From Eledone cirrhosa (Eukaryota): a stretch of DNA of 64,000 nt. The DNA lies in contig OZ024762.1 of assembly GCA_964016885.1 (NCBI GenBank), positions 25,978,001 to 26,042,000 of the forward strand. Reading direction: 5' to 3'. Below the pieces are notes generated by a model. That model did not search any database. It was given only the letters and a program-made list of their open reading frames with translations, and was not told the origin of the DNA. This document shows positions 1 to 13,396 of this stretch, in pieces. The stretch's first letter is position 1; each line of letters opens with the position of its first letter. Both the position numbers and the translations under genes were made by a program.

Positions 1-5
1 TTTAG

Positions 6-102
6 GAAAAGTTATCTCCTCTGTGGCACTGAAGAGATTAATGTTGGATTGTTTCTTCAACAGGATGTAATCATCCCTGCCAAAAGCCTCGTTGAAGTTA
101 AG
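6..102 (+). CDS. Candidate host-gene exon (KSYLLCGTEEINVGLFLQQDVIIPAKSLVEVK)
   Basis: tttAG acceptor at 1-5, AAG|gtatat donor at 102/103, open frame, non-repetitive sequence; upstream context is outside the window. Confidence 0.4.
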
Positions 103-375
103 GTATATATAACATCAGGGCTGGAAGCAGTGGTGGATTTTCCTATAAGCTAAATAAGCTATAGCTTAGAGAAAGAGATATGTAAAATTCTGACTGCGGT
201 GTCAAGTGGTTTCAGCCTGTGTCACACACAAGCCAAAACTGGTTGGTGCCATGGTCGGGATTTTGCATATCTCTATCTAGGGATAGAGACACGTAAAATC
301 CAGACTATGGCATCTCCCCACGCGTTGAATACTCCCATGATTAATGGTCTCCCTGGTCTCAGCACCGCACTCCCC

Positions 376-452
<77 letters not shown>

Positions 453-612
453 ATTGAGAGAGTCACTTAGTACAGTAAGACAACCTCCCAAGTGGTGGTG
501 GAATGAATAAAAGCACCCAGTCCATGCTATAAAGTGGTGCTGGTGATAGGAAGGGTACCCAACCAGTATATTAATGCCAAATTATGAAAACAAAATACAA
601 ATATTATGATGA

Positions 613-667
<55 letters not shown>

Positions 668-683
668 TAGATAGATAGATATG

Positions 684-1440
684 TTTCTTTATTAGCCACA
701 AGGGCACAAAAGAAGGGGACAAATACAAAGGGGGAAGTTTACATACAATAAAAACGTGTAAAATATTATCACAAATGCAATTTAAAAAGTTAGTTGATTT
801 TCCCCAATAGAGGGAGACAGTTTATATGGGTAACACATACCCCCGAAAAAATGTGCAACCCTCATCTCCAGGAGTACGAAGAGTTTGTACTCCTTTCCTC
901 TCCTCCTCCTTTTCCTCAACCTACAGGCTGATATAGAGAGAAAGCCCATTCACTCGGGTCATTCTCGCCACTTTCACCCACCTTTCATAAAACTTGCTGG
1001 GGTAGAGCACCTCTCTCTCCATCCTGATTTTTCTTCCAAAGAGGTATTTGTAAAAAAGAATCAGTTGTTGGCCGGAGAGAAAGGTGTCTGACCTCAGCCC
1101 TTTCAACCTTGTCCACCATACAACCTCTTTCGCCATAGCTACCACACAAAGGAAAACCGCCTCTCCTTCGTTTTTGAAGGAGGGTGGTGGTTTGATCATG
1201 ACAATGGACTCGGTGGTCAACCGGATTGGTCCCACCCGCGACAATAGTCGTTCTACATAGCCCCACAGGTCGGTAACGCCCGGGCAGTGTATGAATGCGT
1301 GCACGGCGGTTTCTTCGTCTCGCACGCACCTCTGACAGATCTTTTTTGCAGGGTCCCTGCCCGGGCGCCCATGTCTGTAGAGCTTGTCTCGAACTGGTAG
1401 AGCTCCTCGGTAGCACTGCCAGGCCAGGGACTTTTGGAAG
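684..1440 (-). mobile_element. Tx1/L1-clade LINE 3' fragment (zinc-binding RVT C-terminal region and 3' UTR)
   Basis: ORF 921-1325(-) has ETAVHAFIHC and a W..R motif; same 3' end recurs at 27498-27803 and the coding part at 49830-50945. Confidence 0.7.
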
Positions 1441-1768
1441 TATATATATATACATAGATAGATAGATATACAGGGGGTCCCTGTATATATATATATATAT
1501 ATATCATCATCATCATCATATTTGCATTCTACTCAAAGTGTGTATACATTCTTTTTTTTTGGGGGGGGGGGGGGCGGGGGGAGACACCCTGTATATATTT
1601 CTATGTGTTTATGTAGTTGTATGTATGATTGTCTGCCTGCCAGCTTTTCTGATTCCATGTATGTATGCACGTACATACATATGTACATACGTATATATGC
1701 GTATACGCGTATGATAGGATATATATATATATATGTGAGTGTGTATATATATATATATATATTTAATG

Positions 1769-1885
1769 AAATAACAGATTAAAGTTTAAGCAAAGAATCG
1801 CTGCTTTCACCCTTAACGGGATCTTCTGAAGATCCCGTTAAGGGTGAAAGCAGCGATTCTTTGCTTAAACTTTAATCTGTTATTT
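1769..1885. repeat. Foldback palindrome centred on a hammerhead-like CTGAAGA core
   Basis: Perfect inverted arms around base 1827; CTGAAGA-TCCC-GTTAA-GGGT-GAAA at 1826-1849; same family at ~20966-21130 and ~41780-41990. Confidence 0.85.
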
Positions 1886-2385
1886 TAATAAATATTTGCT
1901 CAACGGTTCTTATATATTTGATATATATTTATCCTTATCGAGCCCTCTTTGGATTTTAGTATTCAAATTTATTATTATTACTATATATATATATTATTGA
2001 AATGTATATCTTCCTAACACACCTAATTCTGAAGCATCTATGGATATAATATATAAGAGATATTAGAAATCATTGTAAATGTAAAAAAAAAATAATTATG
2101 TTCATTATAAATATATTAGCTTAATGTACATTCTCACATACACATATACATACATATATTTGTTCATCTGTCTATATATGAGTGTGTATATATATATGTA
2201 TTTATGTATACATATGTATATATGTATGTACATATATATATATGTGTGCATATATATATGTATTTTATATATGTATATATGTGTGTGTACATATATATAT
2301 GTACACATTTATAAATGTATATATTCATATATATATGTACATACATATATATATATATAAACCACAGACCCTCCATCTCAACTGA

Positions 2386-2423
2386 CCTTTTGAAAAGCAG
2401 AAGAACTGCGAAACCGGTAAAGG
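2386..2423 (+). ncRNA. Type I hammerhead ribozyme, U3-A8 core variant
   Basis: CCTT-TTGAAAA-GCAG aagaa CTGC-GAAA-CCGG-TA-AAGG; all three stems pair. Confidence 0.75.
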
Positions 2424-2553
2424 AACCAAATAAATATATATATTTAAAAAAAAAATAAGACTCCAGTTGCATTTTCGATTTCATCTCTTTTTCTTTATAC
2501 TTTCACTCGTGTAGGACACCTCGGTTATTTTTCATTTTGTAAAAAAACCTCAC

Positions 2554-2620
<67 letters not shown>

Positions 2621-2781
2621 TATATATATGTACATATATATATACATGTACGTATATATATACATGTACATATATATATGTATATATATATATGTATATA
2701 TATATATACATATGTATAATCTGTATATATATCTATATATATATATGTACATATATATATATGTACATATATGTATATATA

Positions 2782-2849
<68 letters not shown>

Positions 2850-2950
2850 TATATGTACATGTATATATATACGTACATGTATATATATGTATCAACAACA
2901 AACTTTTGACCAATCCTTGTGACAATCACTTTTACCATATATGGAATATT

Positions 2951-3046
2951 ACCCCCTGAGAAGCTCGGCTATTCATTTATCAGGATAAACATTTTCCTTT
3001 AGTCCAGAATTAGCCGTCGAAACGGCTTGAGCTCAGCCGTCGTGGT
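2951..3046 (+). ncRNA. Hammerhead motif in the 5' pLTR (stem I mismatch)
   Basis: ACCCC-CTGAGAA-...CGGCTA...TAGCCG..-GAAA-CGGCT tgagctc AGCCG-TC-GTGGT. Confidence 0.6.
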
Positions 3047-3231
3047 CCTACTCGTTCCTACTACCCACTCCACTACCCTAAGTATTGAGTACTTTGGTGC
3101 ATTATGGTCCACCTGGTTCCGTACCACATTTCCTTCGTTATCTAGTTCCTATTCCCGTAGTAGAGCACTTTCCGACCCTACCACGCCGTTTCCAGACTTT
3201 TCTGCTAAGCTCAAGTTCTTTCACCCGCACC

Positions 3232-5442
3232 ATGCGAAAACACAACATCGACTTCTCCACCAAGAACATCCCAGTTCCACCGAGAAAACTTTACCTTCGG
3301 ATGCTCACGCAAAAAATCGACCTTTTTGCGAAAAGACTAAGATGGAGAACTTTTTTCTACGACATATATTGCGACAATCAGGACTTCGATACCAAGGAGA
3401 GATTCGGATTTAATACCTACAAATCTCCTCCTCCGAACCCTATGCTCTCACCCTTCGAGAATGACCTTTTCCAACTGGTCAAGAACATTAAATTCAAACC
3501 CAGACACAACCGATTTCTACAAAAACTCCGTAGCAACTTAACAGAGTATGATGACATCAATGACATCATGGTGCACTCGGATAAAACTGGTAACCTCTAT
3601 TTCGTCAACTCCGAAAGATACCACACACTGATCAGTAGCAGCCTAAACTCCACCTATAAAAAGGCTAACCACTCATTCATCGAGGACATAAATCGAGATG
3701 GACAACAAATTACCTCCAGCCTCGGGGTCGCTGACCGCACGGAACTCCTAGACTCACTGACACCCTAATTCACACTGAAGGACCACAAATCCGATTTCGA
3801 CCGTAAACCATCCATCAGGCTTATAAACCCAACGAAGTCCGACATAGGGAGTATCAGTAAAAAAATCCTAGACCGCGTTATACCAAAAGTTAAGCAAAAC
3901 GCCAGACTTAGCCTATGGGTCAACACCCAGGAAGTAATCTTATGGTTCAGCAATATGGAGGACAAACGAGACACAAAATTCATCCAGTTTGACATAGAGA
4001 GTTACTATTCTTCAATTATCTTACCGCTCCTTACGGCCGCCTTGGACTTTGCCGAGACACTTGCGCCCATCACCGACCAGGAAAGAAATATCATCCTCCA
4101 CGCCAGGAAGACAGTCCTACTTTTCGACAACTCCAAATGGATAAAGAGGGCTCCCGACTCCCCCTTCGACGTCAGTATGGGCGCGACCGATTCGGCCGAG
4201 GTCACAGATCTTATAGGATTATTCCTAATAGTTAAACTCACCGATATGTTTCCCGCATTCGGCGGTGGATTGTACCGTGATGATGGGCTCCTTACCCTTA
4301 AAGGGTACAACCCCAGTAGTACAGACCGGGTCCGTAAACAATTAATCAGCTTCTTCCGCGACTGGGAATTTAAAATAACCCTACAAACGCCCCTAACCCG
4401 AGTAAACTTCCTGGACGTTACCCTTGACCTCGATAATCATCTGTACTACCCATACAGGAAACCAAACGATAACCTGCACTACATCCACCGCCGATCAAAC
4501 CATCCGAGAAACATCACCAATAACCTGGTTAAAAACATCTCCCTCCGCATATCTCGTTTGTCCGTTAATGAGCAGATATTCGACGAACATGCGCCTTATT
4601 ACAACCAGGCACTCAGGCAGAGTGGCTTAAGGGTGGAAATATCCTACTGTCCAGCTTCCATTAGCGGAACCAGCAGGCGACACCGCCGCTCACGCAACGT
4701 AACATGGTTCAATCCTCCCCACAACGCCGCGGTGACAACACCTATCGGGAAAATCTTCTTTAGGCTCATCGAAAAACACTTCTCACTACAACACCGCTAC
4801 CACAACATAATCAACAAAAATACCATCAAACTCTCCTACAGCACCACACCTAACTTTGCACAAAACATCGTCTCCTCTAACAACAACAAACTCAACCCCT
4901 ATGGAAGAAATAACCTAGATAGCAGTGGAGAGCCGACCAGGAGGTGTAACTGTCCTGTTGGATCCATTTTCCCCCTCGACAACAGATGCAGAGATCGTAA
5001 TGTGATCTACCAGTGCAACGTGAGGACGGACACCTCTAACAAAGCTTATATAGGATTAACCGCTTGTGACTTCAAGACCCGGCTATACCAACACAGATAT
5101 ACTTTCCGAAACCCGGCTCGGCGTCACGCCAATACACTTTCGGGCCACATATGGGACCTTAAAGATAACAATACAACCTATAATCTCACTTGGAGCTTAC
5201 TGTCCAGAGCTAACTCTTACACGGGAGGACGCCGTCCGTGTAACTTATGCTCGGAGGAAACATTACAAATGCTGTTTTCGACGGACCAACTCCTAAACAA
5301 GAAAGACGAACTGGTAACTGCATGCAAACACAGATTGCGTAGGACTTACCTCGCCCTCAAACCCCATAATGACCCGGGGGAGGGGGGCTGTAACACCCCA
5401 CTTGCCGACTTTGTAATGGGTAACCCCTGCTTGCAAAGGTAG
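3232..5442 (+). pseudogene. PLE polyprotein (reverse transcriptase + C-terminal GIY-YIG endonuclease) with one in-frame TAA at 3766-3768
   Basis: Motifs SDKT, TLKDHK, RLINP, FDIESYY, MGA, YRDDGL, VNFLDVT, CNC..PL..C, VIYQC..YIGLT, CNLC..E, LLN..E..CKH; ORFs 3085-3768 and 3955-5442 share one frame. Confidence 0.9.
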
Positions 5443-6484
5443 ACGTAAGATTTTCTTATATATTTTTTATCGTTTCCTCTATATTTCCTCCTTCTCTCCA
5501 TCCCTTCCTAGTCCTTACTCCCCAGTTCTCCTTTTTTTGTCGTCGTTCTTTTCACCTTCTCGCCCACCCCGAGGCTGCCCTTCGGTCCTCCGTAGCCTCA
5601 GAACCCCCACCCCACCCCCATTATATGATAGAATTGGCCGACTCCGCTTTTTATAGCAGATGCGCTAGACCCTAGATACGTGCTTTCTTATCTGATTGCT
5701 GCCCCATTTCCGTGATTTCTTAGTGGTATCTCTGCTTTAGTTTCTCGTATATCAGTATTTATTTATTTATTTATTGATTTATTATTTTTTTTCTTTCTGG
5801 TGGGGTGGGGGTGGGGGGTGGGGGATTCTGAATTAATTTTTCGTATTAATTTTTTCTTATATATCGTACGAGCATTTATGTAGTTTGCATTATAATTTAT
5901 GTATTGTAGCGGCACTCTTATATATCGTATTAGTATTCCTTTTCGGGATCTGAATTAATATTTCGTATAAGTTTCGGGACTCTGAATTATTATTTCGTAT
6001 TAGGTTTTTTAAGTATTTTGGCCCCCTACTTGTTGACCTGTCATTGTAAGATAGATTAGGCCGAGTACTACTAACTCATAAAATTCTTTCACTACAATCT
6101 CGTATTTAGTATCCTGCCCCACCTATTAAACTTTTCTATAGTCAAGTGAGAGATTTGATGATAGTGGTAGGGGAATAGTAACCAGAAATTTTTTTTTAAA
6201 TATTTTTAACATTCTTATTTTTCTATATAGATTTACTCCATATAGATCTACTTATTGTTGCGACTTCCTCCCCCTCCCCCTCTTGACCTCTTATTCTTAG
6301 GATTCTGCTATAGTCGTCACTTTCAACGCACGACTGGGTTTCCTCCACTCCCTCTCCCTCTTTCTTCTACTGGCAAGTTCAGCTACCCCTTCCTTCCACA
6401 AAATGCCATGATAGGATTATGTGTCTCAACAACAAACTTTTGACCAATCCTTGTGACAATCACTTTTGCCATATATGGAATATT

Positions 6485-6580
6485 ACCCCCTGAGAAGCTC
6501 GGCTATTCATTTACCAGGATAAACATTTTCATTTAGTCCAGAATTAGCCGTCGAAACGGCTTGAGCTCAGCCGTCGGGGT
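6485..6580 (+). ncRNA. Hammerhead motif in the 3' pLTR
   Basis: Stem I ACCCC/GGGGT, core CTGAGAA, stem II CGGCTA/TAGCCG, GAAA at 6553-6556, stem III CGGCT/AGCCG, GUC at 6573-6575. Confidence 0.7.
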
Positions 6581-6756
6581 CCTACTCGTTCCTATTACCC
6601 ACTCTACTACCCTAAGTATTGAGTACTTTGGTGCGTTATGGGCCATCTGGTTCCGTACCACATTTCCTTCGTTATATATATATATATATATTACAAACAC
6701 TGACCCGTCAACACACCCTCTCACACTCACATACATATTTATATATATATATATAT

Positions 6757-7145
6757 GGAGGCACATGGCTTAGTGGTTAGAGCATTGGGCTTGCAATCGA
6801 AAGGTTGTGAGTTCAATTCTCAGACCGGATGATGTGTTGTTTCCTTGAGCAAGACACTTTATTTCATATTGCTCCAGTTTACTCAGCTGTAGAAATGAGA
6901 TGATAGGACTATGGTCCCTATCATTCCACTACAAAGTGGTCGTGGAGGTGCCACGGCAAAAAAAGCACCCAGCCCACACTGTAAAGTGGACGTGTAGGCG
7001 TCACGGAAAAAAACCCACCCACCACTCTCTGTAAATGAGGTTGGTGTTAGGAAGGGCATCCAGCTGTATAAATCAAGCCAGGATCAGTTCCCGTCCCACC
7101 CTTGCAAGCAGGGAAAAGCGAACGTAAAAATGATGATGATGATGA

Positions 7146-7146
<1 letters not shown>
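6757..7146 (+). mobile_element. tRNA-derived SINE with an RTE-type 3' tail
   Basis: A box TGGCTTAGTGG, B box GTTCAATTC, core ccttgagcaagacactt; 3' end cccttgcaagcagggaaaagc..acgtaaaa(tga)n matches the RTE 3' end at 15317-15365. Confidence 0.8.
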
Positions 7147-7220
<74 letters not shown>

Positions 7221-7477
7221 GGGTAGGTGGGTCTGTATATATTTCTGTCCATCAATTGTCAATGTGAAATTGTGCGTTAATAATATCTCATTATTATAAT
7301 AATATTCATAATTATAGCCTTATAATTATGGATTAAACAGAAAATATGTAAATATCTATTGAATAAATAGTACATTGAACATCTCTTCTCTAATTGCTTA
7401 ATGACGTCATGAATATTAATGAGGCCATTTAGATGAAATTTCTTTCTCATCAATGCCATGTAAATTTTCAAAGATAT

Positions 7478-7484
7478 CATCATT

Positions 7485-7562
<78 letters not shown>

Positions 7563-8092
7563 GTTTAGCGTTCATTTTCTATGCAAGGCATGGTTAGAAA
7601 AGACTGTCCCTTTTGACTGAGATCTGGTCAGAAGACCGTGTTTCTCTCACGCAAGGCTGGTTTTGGATTGTTTTCTACGGCTGGATGCCCTTCCTAATGC
7701 CAACACATTTAAAGTATATGGTGGGTGCTTTTTTGTCATCTCGCCATCAAGACCACTTTACAGAGTGGGCTGGGTGTTTTTTTTTCCATAACAACTAAAT
7801 GCCCACTTTACAGTGTGGGCTAGATGCATTTTGTCGTGACATCTATACGACCACTTTACAGCGAGTACTGGGTGCGTGTTGTCATGACACCTACGCAGTA
7901 ATACAGAAGACTCGCCTTGCCTAAGTACAAAGCGAAACCTACAGTCAGTAGGCACCTCTTAAGCAAAAATACACCTGCCAGACAGTCCTATACGAGCAAG
8001 ACCACCAATATTGCCTCAAGTTGGACAATTCCCATCTAAATCCATGCTAGCGTGGAAGATAGACGTTAAACGACGATGATGATGGTGATGAT
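7478..8092. mobile_element. Two RTE 3'-UTR/tail fragments in opposite orientation
   Basis: 7561-7895 resembles 9213-9460; 7915-7962 is the reverse complement of 9563-9607; (cat)n tail on the left and (gat)n tail on the right. Confidence 0.65.
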
Positions 8093-8344
8093 ATATATAT
8101 ATGTCCAAATACACACAGAAATACACAGACCGACATATATACATACATACACACACAAATACACACATATATATATATATATATATGTACATGTACACAC
8201 ATATATACACAGGCCGACATATATTTATATATAATTAAAACATACAGGCATAAAAACAGTTCTCAGTTTCTTTGGCAAATGTTTAGAATATAATATATTC
8301 TCTCTTTGTTCGCTCTCTTCTCTCTTCCTGTTTCACCATATCAT

Positions 8345-8409
<65 letters not shown>

Positions 8410-8659
8410 TATATTTATACTTATATATATGTATATACGTATGTATACATATATATATACACACATACATATATATATATATATACACACATATATATAC
8501 ACACACCCATATATATATACACATATATATATGTATATATATATGTGGTTATATAACACATATATATATGTATATATATGTGTATATATATATATATATA
8601 TATACATATATATATACGTGTATATATATATGTATGTATGTATATATATATATATATAT

Positions 8660-8737
<78 letters not shown>

Positions 8738-8961
8738 ATATATATATATATATGTATGTATATATGTGTGTATATACATTAATTTTTTACTTGTATTTTC
8801 ATATCTGCTCACACCTTGTACATTCACAGATTAAATTTTACCTGCAGAAAAAAAATTTACAATGAGTAAATCGCAGCTATATGTAGTTTTCATATATTGA
8901 ATATGATTGCTATAGGACAAAGAAAAAACTGCTCTGTGTACTTGAAAGTAATTAAATACAT

Positions 8962-8997
<36 letters not shown>

Positions 8998-9211
8998 TGT
9001 TATATATTGTTATATTTGATAGCTAGATTATATATATATAACTTTTTTTTCTAGATATGAATACTTAGAATGCTATCAGACGTATGTACACATATATACA
9101 CCATATATATATATACATTTATATGTGTGTTTGTAGGTGAGTGAGTGTATATGTACCTATTTACCTAAATGTATGTATATGAATTATTTCTATTCAAGAA
9201 TAGAAATATAT

Positions 9212-12200
9212 ATCATCATCATCGTTTAACGTCTATCTTCCATGCTAGCATGGGTTTAGATGAGAGTTTTCCCACTTGAGGCAAGATTGGTCGTCTCGCT
9301 CGTACGGGACTGTCTGGCAGGTTTTCTACGGCTGGATGCCCTTCCTAACACCAACCACGTTTACAGTGTGGGCTGGGAGGTGTTTACCGTGTTACCTACA
9401 CGGCCACACTACAGCGTGGACTGTGTTTTTTTTTGTCGTGACACCTACACGACCTCATTTATTTAGGACTGGATGTTGTGGTACCAACATAACTTTACAG
9501 AGAAAGAGGTGATGTTGATGGGGGTGGGGGAGTTGGGTTAGTGGGAGGGGGGTGTATATTTAATTAAGAGGTGCCTACTGACTGTAGGTTTCTCTTTGTA
9601 CTTAGACCAGGTGGGTCTTCTGTATTACTGTGTAGCGCCAAAGATCTCGGTCCAGTGACATTGTCTTAGAGTGGTGTAAATGTGTAAGGTCGGAATTTAT
9701 CAAATCGTCCCAGGTTTTTCTGGGTCTACCTACTCCGTAACTTCGGTCAATTTTGATCGCCCTGCACTTTTTTATACAGCTGTCGTCTTTCATGCGCATC
9801 ACGTGACCATACCAACGTAGTCTTCTCTCGAGTAAACAGCATCTGATTCCTCTTATACCTAATTTCTCACTTAGTTCATTTATGCTTTGCTGTTCACGTA
9901 TGTTACTATTACACATCCAACGGAGCATGCAAGCTTCGTTCCTCTCCAGTCTGCCCAGATCTCCTTTAGGGAGAACCCTTTAGCGGCTAATAGTGGTATT
10001 AGCTCTCTGAACTTGTTCCATCCCATTCTGACTCTGGCTACTGTACTTTCTGAGCACCCTCCACCACTGCTGATTTTGTCACCCAGGTAGCGGAAGATGT
10101 CCTCTATTTCTATAGAGCCATCTGGGCAATAGAAGGAGCTAGTATCCTGTGGGCGCTTGCTACTTATTGCACCTGAGCACCGGCCACATATAAAATCTAC
10201 GTTCTTAGATAACTTACCTGTGATCCCACTACATCTTTTATGCACCCATACTTTACATTTGGGACATAAAATGGAATTTCTGCCTACTCCTTTCCTACAC
10301 ACTGAGCATGGCCATTTCCCAGAGGGGACCTGTGCCCTATTTTCCTTTCTACATACTAGAACTTTAGTCTTAGACAAGTTAACTTTAAGGCCTTTTGATT
10401 CTAGGCCTTGCTTCCATGTTTGGAATTTCTTCTCTAGTTCAGCCATCGATTCAGCTTTGAGCGTTAGATCATCTGCATAGAGAAGTTCCCATGGGCAGCC
10501 GGTCTTGAACTCCTCTGTTATAGCCTGAATGCCATAATAAATAGGAGGGGGGTAAGGGCAGAACCCTGATGAACACCAACTTTTATGCTAAATTCTTCAC
10601 TATATTCGTTGTTAATTATAACCTTGCTGACTGTTTCTTTATACATGGCTTGTATAGCTCTCACACGCCATTCATCAACCCCTAGTTCTCTAAGGGCCCA
10701 CCAGATAATAGCGTGGGGGACTCTGTCAAATGCTTTCTCCGAGTCAACAAAAGCTAAGTATAGGGATTTACGTTTAGCTAGGTACATGTTGTTGACGTAC
10801 AATGAAAAGGGCGTCTGTGGTACTTTTACCTGACACAAACCCAAACTGCATTTCGTCTAGATCAATTTGCTCTCTGATTAGTTGGGCTATAGCTTTTTCT
10901 GTGACCTTCATGACCTGGTCAATTAATTTAATGCCTCTATAGTTTCCTCTATCTAGTTCATCTCCTTTACCCTTGTAGCAGTTAATGATGATGCTACTAC
11001 GCCAGTCATTTGGTATGACCCCGTTCTGTATGACTTGGTTTACTATCCGGGTGACCATAGTGTGTCCCACCGTTCTAGATGCTTTCAGCATGTCAGCAAC
11101 TATCTCCGAAGACCCAGCTGCCTTGCCTGTCTTCATATCTTTGATTGCCTTACTTATTATACTACCTTCAACTTGCACTGTTGGTCCCTCTATATGGGGC
11201 AGACTATCTTTGTCCCATTTTTTCTCCTCATTTAGTAGCCTCTCGTAGTGACACTTCCAAGCTACCTTCTTATCAGCGTCAGTGATGGCAAGTACACCAT
11301 CATCATTACAGGCACACTTCTCCCCGACAATATCACGGTTTTCCTTGACACATTGCCTAGCAATCCTGAACACCTCACGTTTTTGGTCCTCGCGTTGTAG
11401 AACATGCTTGAACTTTCTTTCCTCTGCTTCCCTTCTTGGAAAGTACACTTGTCTCCTAGCTTCCCTCCTGGGCACTTGATAGTATTCTCTACTTCCCCCA
11501 TTCCGCCATGCTTTCCAAGCCTGCTTTTTGGCCTTGATTGAATCCTCCACCTTACTGTTCCACCACCAAGTTACTCTCCTCCTACTTATAGGTATGTTCC
11601 AGCCACAGATTTCATCTGTCGCCTTCAGTAGGTTAACTTTCAGGAATACCCACTGTTCCTCTATATTGTACGACTCTAATTGCTCTTCCTTACTATCAAA
11701 AGCATCAAGTAATATGCTTTTAAATTTGTTACTGGCTGTGGGGTCCTTTAACTTCCATATTCTTCTCCTTAGGGTAGTCGTCCTCTGTCGTCGAGTACGT
11801 CTCGTCCATACTATGAGGTCACTAACTATGAGGCTATGTTGCGAGGTGCATTCTTCATGGGGGAGGGATTTAGTGTTTACAACAGACACTCTGTCTCGTC
11901 TTCTAGTAAGGTTATAATCTATCTGACTGGCGTGTTCCCCTGATCTAAAGGTGATCAAGTGATTGTCTCGTCTTTTGAAGTTTGTGTTACAGATAGTTAG
12001 GTTATTTGCGTCAGACAATTCCAGGATTCTAGAGCCTTCCTCATTTCTAGTACCAAACCCATAGCCTCCATGGATTCCGTCATAGCCATCACAGTGTTGT
12101 CCAACGTGACCATTTAGTTCGCCAGCGATAACTATGTAGTCACTGTTGGTTATTTGGGAGGTAGTGAGCATTAGCGACTCATAGAATCTGTCTTTTATAA

Positions 12201-13370
12201 CGCCAGGCAAATTGGGGTGACCGGATTGGGGTGCATACGCGGATATTATTGTCACAGTAGTTCTATTTAGGACGAGTCTTATTTTAATTATTCTGTCGTT
12301 CAATCTATTTATGTCTATTATCTTATCTACCCATTTTCTGCTAGCATGATTCCTACTCTACCCAGCCCATTGTCATTTCCCACCCAGAAAAGTTTATAGC
12401 ATCGTTTTTTACCCACAATGAATCTAGCAGACCCACCCATCCACCTGGTCTCTTGAATACAGCAAACATCAACCTCCTTACGTTCAAGCATCTCTACAAC
12501 CTCGTTAGAGCGACCTTTTAAAGTACCAACTCTGAAGTTTTGGATTGCGTTTGGTGGGTGGGAAGCATGAGGCGCAGGGAGGGGTGAGGGAGATGGGGAT
12601 ATGTTAGCCATCCGCGGCCGAAATAAAGGGGAGTCCTTGCTTTCTCGTCCGGCAGCATGAGGTGAATTTATCTTTATCTTTGACATTGTCATTGAGTGTC
12701 CAGATTTTTCAGACTCTCCAGACTTCCATAGTCCATCTAGCATATTGAAAAGCAACCTGGTTTAAACTTAAGAGTGATAGTCGAGGCGGTGGTTTTGTGA
12801 AATAGATTGGTAGGAGAAACATATTATAAGCCGCTGAATTATGATTGGACCAAATAATAATGGTGGAGAGTAAGGGCGGGGGAGGGGGGATCTGGGGGAG
12901 TTAGCGAGAAGGTTATTTTATAATATAATCCTAGAAATTAAACGAGCATATGACAGTAATAAGAGTTTAAATACAAGTAGAAGATTGTTTTCGAGGGTCT
13001 GACAGAATTATGGGATTTTAAAATACAAGAAGATTGTTTTGAGGGTCTGACAGAATTATCGAATAACATTGAAAAGATTGGATTCTAAGTTAAGCGGACG
13101 ATATAATACTGATAGGTGAATGGACTAGGAACATGGAGAGACAAGAAAATAGGGTGAATACATTACATTTCTCAAAAACGAGCGTTCGGCCAAGATAAGG
13201 GATCGACAAACTCTGAGATTCGTAGCTCACAACAAGTTTATTTTATATTTTGAGAGAGAGAGGGAGGGGTGGGTGAGAGAACCTGCAGGCATATATACGA
13301 TATATGAGGGGGACCGAGAAGGGAGCGAGAAGGTTCGAGAAGGTTATTTTATAATATAATCCTAAAAAAT
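9212..13370 (-). mobile_element. RTE-clade LINE, nearly full length, degenerate
   Basis: APE (IQETRW, SAYAPQ, QIDY, SQH), RT (NYRGIKL, QFGF, DSEKAFDRV, GVHQGS, ELLYADD), RLRWYGHVMR, GRPRKTW, (tga)n tail; the 5' limit is approximate. Confidence 0.9.
9602..12755 (-). pseudogene. RTE ORF (APE endonuclease, RT, PHD-like zinc finger), frameshifted
   Basis: Collinear ORF pieces 12327-12755, 10774-12303, 10518-10844, 9880-10446 and 9602-9928. Confidence 0.88.
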
Positions 13371-13396
13371 ATATATATATGTATAGTGAATCATAC

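Larger units (their letters stand above)
2892..6675 (+). mobile_element. Penelope-like retroelement (Naiad-type), near full length, inserted in (TA)n
   Basis: ~250-bp direct repeats (pLTRs) at 2892-3141 and 6426-6675 flank an RT + GIY-YIG ORF; both ends abut TA microsatellite. Confidence 0.92.

Noticed and set aside
3766-3768. Selenocysteine readthrough in the PLE ORF
   Set aside because: The codon is TAA, not TGA, and is not at a conserved Cys position
6757-6830. tRNA gene
   Set aside because: A/B boxes continue into a SINE body and LINE tail; no intact cloverleaf
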